A DNA stretch of 64,000 nt, from contig OZ374563.1 in assembly GCA_977862235.1 (NCBI GenBank), forward strand, positions 2,108,001 to 2,172,000. The letters are read 5' to 3'. Positions 55,378 through 64,000 of this stretch are shown one piece after another. The translations under genes were made by a program, and so were the position numbers. The notes under the pieces were generated by a model, which made no database searches, had not been told where the DNA came from, and was given only the letters and a program-made list of their open reading frames with translations. Positions within the stretch are counted from its first letter, which is position 1, and the number at the start of each line of letters is the position of its first letter. Source of the stretch: Dudresnaya verticillata. Its lineage: Eukaryota.

Positions 55378-58300
55378 GAATGCGCCTGTGCCCGACGTGA
55401 GAGTGGCAGCGGCTCGAAGACATAGCGCATGGTTAGCAGCTGTTCTCGCGCGTGAAGCAAGGAGTACATGCGGCTAGGAAAAGGGGAAACCCGACAAGGA
55501 GCGGCGTAAGGCGAAACTGTGACCACCAAAGCCCCTCCCCTCTCCAGGCCCCGTGCGTCGGTGCGCCTTGTAACAGTCTGTGTGTGTGTCTGGGAAAGTA
55601 CCTCTTGGACCTGGAGGATGCACAAAGGCGTCTTCCTTTTTTTGCTTCCCTAATACCACTGCTGATTTGAAAAAGAAGCTCACAAGAAGGTCCTATCCGG
55701 AAGAGGGCGGTAGGATTCACAAGCACATTTTTCTCCAGACTGAAAACATCAGCTGCTCTTTGATCAAGTAGTAACTCGAAGCGCTGTACGTATGAGCGAG
55801 CTTTCATTTCTGCGGCCATGAGATCGGCTGTTACAACATCTAGGCATACATCAGCGCATTACGTACGATGGTTCTTGTCGAAGGACAACGCGATTTTGTA
55901 AGCCTTCGCAGTGCTGGATCTGTATTAGAGAGCGTGGAAAGGGCGACTATTTCGAAGATAAGACATCCAGATGCGGTGAGACCACGCCTACTGCCCAGTT
56001 CACGAAGATGTTCATTTACTATTGGGATGTAGAATAAGTACACGAAAGGTCGTCGGAAGTGAGAGATGGGAACCTTTATTGTTTATGGTAGGGTGCGAAG
56101 TGAGGACTTGGAGGTTTGCAGAAATCTTGCAAAGCGCAATTGAAACGGACATACAACAGCGCCGGCATCAACTTACGAGCAAACGATAGTATGTGTGTCT
56201 CAAAAGTAAGAACAATGCTCGTTCCGTACTTCCTATCCCCCAGATGCCTATGCCTTCCAAGTCTGGTATTTGATTTCTCTACGCCTGCGTCTTCAAAGAT
56301 TGTAACTGGCCCACACTGGCGATGCCGTTCCCCGATCAATGACTGACGGTGGACAGTTGTCAACAATAGTCCTTCCTATCGCTTCTTCGTGTATCCGCAA
56401 TAGAAAATCTCGCAGAACGTACACTGCCCCGTCTCGCTTACCAGGTGGTAAGCCATGGTTTCCTTGATCTACTGCCCCATCTCCTCCGTGTTGTCCATGA
56501 TGTCCATGCCGTCTTTGTCGTCTTTGTCGTCCTTGGCGTCCTTGTCGCCCATATTGCCCTCGCCGTTCATGCGGCCATGCCGTCTTTGTCTTCCTTTTCG
56601 TCGTTGGCGTCCATGTCGCCCTTACAGTCCATGCTGTCCGTGTCGCCTGCAACCCACATGGTATTGAAGCCCTCCGTGCCTACATGTCCTCCATGCGGTC
56701 CTCCTCGCCCTTCTGCCCTTCCTCCTCGTTGTCCTCCTCCTACACTTCCGCCGTCGTGTGGAGCCTGAAGAAGGTCAACACGCCACCTCCATAAGTTCCC
56801 ACCTGCTCCCTGAGGGTGTGCAGAATGTAGTCACGAGCTTGCTGCCCATCTCTCTCGGTTCCATCAACATAGGCCTGGATGGTGGCGTACAGGACGTAGA
56901 CATTACCCTGAAAGATGAACGTGCACAGAATCGTCACCTCCTCCAGATCTGTGGCCTGGTTGTTGGCAATGCGCGGCGCGGAGAATCGCATCGCAGCCTC
57001 CGACATGATGTGGCTGACATTAATCCCAAAGCGAGTCCGCTCGGCCCAAAAAGGGTTCTCTTCCGCCGACGAGGAGTCCCCCCAAAAAAGGCTAACGCTA
57101 GCCATTTCGAGAACCCGTACAAGACCTGGTCGTACCGTACACGATAGTGATGCGTACTAATAGGAAAGAGCGAATGTTAGCAAAGGTTCGTCGCGTGTAA
57201 CGAAGAGGGGTCAATGGCTTCTGCACAAACGAAACGGGGTGGCCAAGGAATTTGCGCCGCGGGAACGATTTTTTTGGCTTGATGTGTTGTAGCACTACCA
57301 GTCGGATCGAGACAGTTTGCTTTTGTAAGAAGCGCGGGAAATGTTCAGAAGAGCACAAACGATATAGACACAAACGGGTATCACCAGGCGAGGTGCTACC
57401 ATGCTAATCTATCGGCCGAGATGAATCTGCTTCTGCGATTGTCCATTCTCGAACGCCCCCTTCGCACATAATCAATGCTACTGTCACTCGCAAGCCATCC
57501 AACTCGAACATTTCCCGTTATGACGCCGAGCACCTCAGCTCTTCGCCAGTAGTGTGGAAAAATACTGTAAGCCGTTGCTCGGTTCTGTAAAGGGCAAGGG
57601 ACACCCTGTCCCATACGCCACAAGCGTGGAAGTCGAGGTGCAACAGGCTGTTGATCAAGAGGCCGTCCCCGAAGCAGTCGGCCCAAGAGGACCTCAGGCC
57701 CGGGTGGGAGTTTGCAGCACGAAGAACAAGACTGACTGCCTCATAGTGTGGCCTTTGGAGGCCGCTTTGCCTAGGAGGAGCTTGACCAGAGGGCCTGGAC
57801 ACTTGGACTCAAGGGCGCAGAGAAATTCCCAAGTCCGAGCGACACGGTCATGGGCCGACCGATAGCAACCCCAGGTGATTGCTGCGTGCCGTAAACGGAC
57901 ATCTGCCGCGCGACGCCCGATTGCAACGCCACGTATATACCAAGGTGTTACACCTCTTTCCTGTGTGAGCGCGGTTCCGTTTGTTCGCAGATCGTTAATG
58001 CCCATCTCCGTTCACTTCGTGCAAGTGCGGATCACCGCACCGTGGATTGAGGTTTCCAAACTCTCTTCCACGCCTACCGGTTCCAGAAATACAAACAACA
58101 CCGACACCGACCGAGTGTTGCCCTTCTTCCCAAGCAGGTCCACAAACGGGGCCTGCACGAAACAAAATCAACGTCCGCCTTGAACGCCTTGGCTCTGTCC
58201 GCAAACATCAAGATTTGTGCTAGACCAGGCGCTGGCCTAGTAATTATCCAACACAATTTCCCGAGCGCTCCACAATAAACTCGTAACGTTGCAGAGTCTA

Positions 58301-60056
58301 CAGAAATTTCTTTCCAATGGAACTTCGCATAATCTTTCCAATGGAACTTCGCATAAGCCTTCTCACTTCCCGCATGTTTAGGCAGAGATGGGAGCTGAAA
58401 ACGGTACTCATATTATTGTATCTCGCTTTGTGTTTCCCGGGGATGGCAACATAGTCAGGCTCAAAACAAACGCAAACACGAGATGGAGACCTTTATGTAC
58501 AGGAAGTACTGCAATAGCCCCGTAAGGGGGCCTAACTAAATTCCATGCGAAAGGCGACGCTCGAAGAGTGTGTACGACGGTTAGCAGCCACTGCGACAGA
58601 TTGAAGTACGAGAGAGGTGAGGTGGGTTAGAAGAGAGAGCTTCTCAGCTATCGACGAAGTATCCTTCATTATAGGTAAGGAAATTCGCCAAGCGCTGAGC
58701 GCCTCGATCGAATCCAGAACCAATGGCATCTTAGATGCCAACCAGCCCACCACCATCGGATGGAGGTCTATCCGGCTCGTAGAACAAAATCGACGATAAT
58801 GACGGACTTTCGCTTGCTCGCGAAACAAGACTCGGACCAATGGTTGGCTGGCTGGTAGTCTTGCAGTGGAAGGATTTCGTATGTCCGAAGATTGCGATCT
58901 GTTTCCGAAGTACGCAAGATGGTTATGCAGAGTTTCATAGTATGGTACAAACAGGGGAGCGACAGAATGAAAGAAGACATTGATATCGGACTCTGAAACT
59001 TGTTCATATCTTATCGACATTCACGGAATGATTTCTTCATCGCAGGACTGCAAGCACGTACGTGTGTAGATACAGGGAAGAGTTACTTTGCTTCTTGAAA
59101 TGAGGGTCCTGAGAAAGCTAGTGCATACCCTCCAATTTCCGGGTCACAATATTAAAGACAAAGAGCTTCCAGGGTTAGCGAAAACGTTGTCTGATCTGCC
59201 AGAGTCTTGAGAAAAGGTCAGGGTTGTTGCACAACAAGGGTTGCGCACTACGAGGCGTTAGGTGCGTCGCAATTGCCAGGTATTTCCGGGGCGGTGCCCT
59301 GGCAGGGCTTCTCTCCAGACGCATTGCAATGCCGGACAAGGGTGTGAGGGGGGAGCGGATTCTGTAGCGCCTCTTCTAAGGTCTCATTGTGCACATGGCT
59401 GAGGGTACTGAATAGAGCGCACTTAAAAGGCCGGTTCAGTAAAGCAGAATATCGCTGAATGCCTGTCATGCCTGCCAAGTGCTGTTGGCAATGGAATTGT
59501 CCGCTTTGAGGAGATCTGGGAAGGTAGGCAGATTTGGAGTTCAGCCTTCGAGTCTTTGAACGGCGGGCAGCACCGGTGATAACAAGTTGCACGGATGCCA
59601 CTACAAAAACTCAAAATAAAATGAAGATCTGTTGAACAAAATCCAACAAAACCTGAATCGTTACTGTAAACCGATCTTAAAATACTGTAAGGTCTGCGAA
59701 CGCGTCGTGGAGTTCGGCACCATGTTGCCGCCGAGACAGGAAACCTCCGAGTTTGGAGTTGAGGGCAGTATGCAGCGATCCGTCGGTCCATAGCCGTAAC
59801 TCTTTCCGCGCCTTTTCCGTCGTCCGCACGCGGCGCTTCGGTCTGGAATCCTCGATGATGAGTGAACATAATTTACAATATAACCCTAGTGATGGGGGGG
59901 GGGAGGCAACAGTCACCCAGACTGTTTAACACAGGATTCCATACGCATTCACGCCACGACAAGCTCATCTTTCTCAACCCTCTCTCGATCAGCCATCCCT
60001 ACTGGCAAAGCGACTACCTGAACTCCTTGCGTAGAGCAACATACCCAGGAATAAAT

Positions 60057-60455
60057 ATGGACGACGATCTGACCAAGCGTTGCTACAAGGCCACTTGGCC
60101 GGGCAAGGGCAAGAAGCAGGATCCTTCCGTGCACGGTTCTTGCAATTCCGGCTACAAGTCTTCCAGCTCTAAGTCCGGCTCCAAGTCTTCAGGCTCCAAG
60201 TCCGGCTCCAAGAATTCAGGCTCCAAGTCCGGCTCCAACTCTGGCTCCAAGTCTTCTTTCAAGTCTTCTTCCAAGTCTTCCAAGTCCTCTAAGGCTTCGT
60301 CTGCACGTACATCCACTGGCTCCTCGTACAAGCATAGTTCCTCCTCGTACGGTTCGTCCAGCAAGTGCCGCGCGTGTCCATACTGCGGTTGTATTGCCCA
60401 TTCCAGGGAGTCTCTCGACCAGCATATCAGGTGCTGCCATCCGCGTGCCTGCTAA
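60057..60455 (+). CDS. Ser/Lys-rich single C2H2 zinc-finger protein, copy 4
   Basis: Identical protein to 8049-8447. Confidence 0.8.
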   Translation: MDDDLTKRCYKATWPGKGKKQDPSVHGSCNSGYKSSSSKSGSKSSGSKSGSKNSGSKSGSNSGSKSSFKSSSKSSKSSKASSARTSTGSSYKHSSSSYGSSSKCRACPYCGCIAHSRESLDQHIRCCHPRAC

Positions 60456-63400
60456 CCCAGACCACAGCACAAGGAGCGACCTAAATGACTCATGCTCAGG
60501 GCTGCTTTGCACATAAATGATTCTCTTAATCTGAATCTGCACTAATTCCCATGTCACCCGCGTAGCAACACTCTATATAAACAAGTAGTAGATCAATCAA
60601 CACCAATTCCCAAGTTGACTCGAGTTTTCTTGATGAGCTAGAAAGAGTAGTTCGCGCTGTGTCCCAGCGTACGCTTTAATTTATCTCTCGAGCCACCAGC
60701 ATATCCTTAATCCTGCCTCGATGCGTCAGATGTTAGCACGTTTTGGCAGCTGGATTGCTGTTGAAGTGTGGTACACGCACGCATGGGAGATCTATAATGT
60801 AGAGCACTCCAGGTTGGCGCAGTCGGGGAGAACTGTCGAGAGATAGAGAGAGAGACCTTTATTAAAGAACAAGATAGAAGCCCCTTGATGGGGCTTAGGA
60901 ATCAGAGTTACCGTAAAGAGGCGAGCGGGATGATTGCGTGTTGTAGGACTTCGTCTGTTCCAAATATGCTTTGACAGCGCTGATGATAAATTTCTCCTGA
61001 AGCCATCGCGTTACCTATCTTACTGGCTTAAGGTATCGCAATGAATCACACAATTCAAAGCGCGAGTTGGAATGAGAGCGCGCAGAAAGGTGATCCTCAG
61101 GTCCCTGCCAAAGAGGGTGCCAAAGTCAGTCTCAAACTTGGCGAGAGGATGTACAGTGTGTCAGCATCGGCAGAGAGGGCTGGTGAGGTAGCACGCTGTG
61201 CTGTTGAGAGGGTACCAAAGCTGAGCACGAGCGAAGTTGCCATTTTGACAACAGCGTTAGAAGAGCTTTCTGCCAATAATAGTGAAACTTCAACCCATCG
61301 TGACAATCGTAACGCCCACGGAAAGGACCGGGTACAGACCATGGGAACGCGGGAGGTCTTCTGACGAGGGAACATCCCCCTCTCTTCAAAGCGAGCCGAG
61401 CCCCAGGAAATCTCGGGCAACTGTGTCACTGCCGTGCCACCTCATACAGCATGGGATAAGGCCCTTTGAATTTCTGCACTGCGCACAGCTGGTTTACATG
61501 GTCGTATGCCGCAGTGTCGCACTACCACACAGCACGCATGACCCTGATCAAAACGAGACGCACGCCTACCCCCCATCAACCAGTCAAGCCCATCACATCC
61601 ATCCCTGTGTGGGAACACAGTATCCTTGGCATTATCAAAGGCTTTTACCACACCCTCGAGCCCGATCAGTACTAGTACAATTCAACAGAATATTGCAACT
61701 AAGCGTGGGGAAAGAAAAAAGAGCTCCCACGTTTAGCGGTATGGGGTGCAGTCGTGCGGTTCCCACAACCGCGCCCCCATACGCTTTCGCCACTCGCATG
61801 GTCTCGGCCCATACCTCTACCACACCCTCATACCCACGGTTCAGCCGCATCATCATGGACTTCTAAAGCAGATGAAATTCCCGCAGTGCTGTTCCCTCAT
61901 CCTTCGATTGAATTACAACCGCATTGCCCCCAGAGCCTGATGCAATACTCATGCATTGTCTTCCCAATGACAATACTGAACAATTATGCACTGCACATCC
62001 GCAAAGGCCCACAGCTTTTGTTGGTTATCATAGTCCTCCATGGGCAACAGGGCTCATACGCAGAAATTCCATGGATATCTGCGGGATATATCCATGCTTG
62101 CAGCTCTCTAGAGATTGGAGATTATCGTTCTTCAAGTTCTTGCTCTCGAAAATGGCATGGAAGTCATGAAGTGTTAGGGAGATGACTCAAGGATGTAGAT
62201 TCTTACTCCGGGCGGAAATTCAGGGCCACTAGCTTGCGACTGGCCGGGCAGAGAAGGGCTCGACCTCCGAGCAGAAGTGCATGTTAACAGTGCAGAAGTA
62301 CATCATTGCGAGATTGGGAAATTTTCAAGCTTCCAGCCGACGGCAAGCTCTCTATCTCGGTTATTCGCTTCATGTATTATGTACATACGAAACTCCAGGA
62401 CGTAATGTTTCTTCGTTCTGCCGAGCAAGGTCTCGTAAATAAAGGGACCCAAGTTCCATAGGACCACCGTGAGGACGGAAATCTGTATCTCATACAGGGC
62501 ATAGAACCTTTGACAACAAGAACTACCCATTTGGGATGGAATAGAGTCTTTTCTGATGGTATCCTCGGATCTCTCGGATATATTCTATCTCTGGACATGT
62601 TTGTCGTAAACAACATTCCATCTCGTAAGCAAGAGCACACCAAATTGTCTTGCGAAACTGATATAGCAAGCAAAGGGGCCGCTATTTCGGGTGGTCGGCG
62701 TATGACCACGCTTTTGAGCGGGGGCCAAAGGAACATCGTGCGACGTGTGATGAAAGATCCGATGAAAGCCGAAACCTTTCCTGAAAGCAAAAGAGGTCTG
62801 CGTGTGCTAAGATCTGGAACCAGGGGCAGGACTTCAGCATGTGTTTTGCTGAGGCCGAGGGCCTTGTTGGGTTGAACGGAGGAGATTGCTTGAAGGATTG
62901 ATTGGCCGAAGGATCGGGGAACATAAAGCTTTCTTGGGTAACAGTGTTAGAGGCAGGAAACCTGGCCCAGATTCCCCGTCGCAGCGGGCTGCAGCAGGGG
63001 TCCCATACCACATGTGGAGCGAGGCCAGGCGGCGCTTGTGTTGGCGGCGTTGTACACGGAATGCCAGAGCAAGTGAGGTGTCCGGATGGTGGAGCAAGGG
63101 TTGTTCGGAAGGTTTGTTGAAACACCAATACCGCAAGTGCAGCATGGAGTGAATACGGGGTTGAAGTCGTGAGCTCCCCCGTTAATGAAAACGGTGAAAA
63201 GGCCAAGCTTCGGACTGGGCGGTATCAGAGCGACCGGAAAAGGTTGACAAAAATGACTCGGCTATCACATCGCGGCAAGATCTGCGTAGATGATCAAGTT
63301 CCTGAGACCAGAAAGGTTCAAAATGTAGCGGTCTTTGCAGGCAGACACTCAGCCAGTGATTAATGGGGAAGCCAAGAGGATCAGCGAAGATGCGTTCAGC

Positions 63401-64000
63401 AGGATCGAGAGTTGCAGCAGAACGAAGACGAGAATGGTAGGAGGGAGCCGTGTGACGGGAACCGTTTGTGATTACTCTTCCGCGTAGAACATCACCCATT
63501 TTCAAGAATAGCACTATAAGGACTGTTTTGGTACATGACCGAGGTTTCTTCTATTCCAACATCCGGATTGAGACAACGAATTGGCTTGGCGTGGGTGACT
63601 TCAGGCCTTGCAGCGTCTCGTAGTTTTCAGTAGTCACGTCCGCCTGGCGTGTCCGTTGCTTGCAAGAGTGAGGTGAATCCCAAAAGGGACGAGCTTCAGA
63701 AATTGTCAAGTGACTTCCTTCACGAGAAGTCAGAGCAGGAGCTCCGAGGACTGGCATGAACTGCAGGAATGGGGATCTTGGTGTCGCAGCAGATATCCTC
63801 TCGGTGTTCTCAGGACAAACCCGTTGCTCCTCTGCTCCAAAAAAGGTACCGAAAGGAATCACTTGGCTTCCGATGGACGCGGTAAGAGGGCAGCAGCGCA
63901 AACTGGATTCTTCTCCATGAACTGAAGCAAATCGTCCCGAAAAGGCTTACAGTTGGAATACACAGTTGGAATGCGAGAGAGTTGGAATGCGAAATGATTT

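Larger units (their letters stand above)
2235..64000. repeat. Head-to-tail tandem array of a multi-gene segment: unit 1 2235-14752 (12,518 bp), unit 2 14753-32088, unit 3 32089-49424, unit 4 49425->64000 (period 17,336 bp, runs off the window)
   Basis: Identical ORF sets recur at +17,336 offsets (+12,518 for ORF348 between units 1 and 2). The 4,818-bp difference equals the 4,813-bp copia plus the 5-bp TSD. Only isolated substitutions were seen between units. Confidence 0.98.

Noticed and set aside
1..64000. CRISPR arrays, rRNA or tRNA genes, prokaryotic defence systems
   Set aside because: No repeat-spacer pattern or recognisable structural RNA was seen by eye; the repetition is at the 17-kb scale.

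Overview
Eukaryotic nuclear DNA, as shown by GT-AG introns with CTAAC-type branch points. The compact gene style and element types suggest a red alga or a similarly compact eukaryote, but that is inference. About 2.2 kb of unique sequence holds one two-exon membrane-protein gene. The rest of the window (2235 to >64000) is a very young head-to-tail tandem array. Unit 1 is 12,518 bp. Units 2-4 have a period of 17,336 bp because each carries the same intact 4,813-bp Ty1/copia LTR retrotransposon (270-bp LTRs, GAATG TSD, half-tRNA-type PBS, single 1385-aa gag-pol) at the site that is empty in unit 1. The 3' LTR lies about 94 bp upstream of, and co-oriented with, an unknown 348-aa ORF whose stop codon marks the left edge of the array. 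Each unit also has a small Ser/Lys-rich single-C2H2 zinc-finger gene and a micro-exon-containing gene. It further carries three decayed minus-strand fragments that appear to be CRE-like (RLE-endonuclease) non-LTR retrotransposons. These share a 3' end motif (ATAAAGGT plus a TC-rich tail), and two also have a stop codon followed by a GCCCC-N5-GGGGC hairpin. Most short ORFs in the supplied track are shadows or decayed-element fragments. All alignments and motif matches were made by eye.
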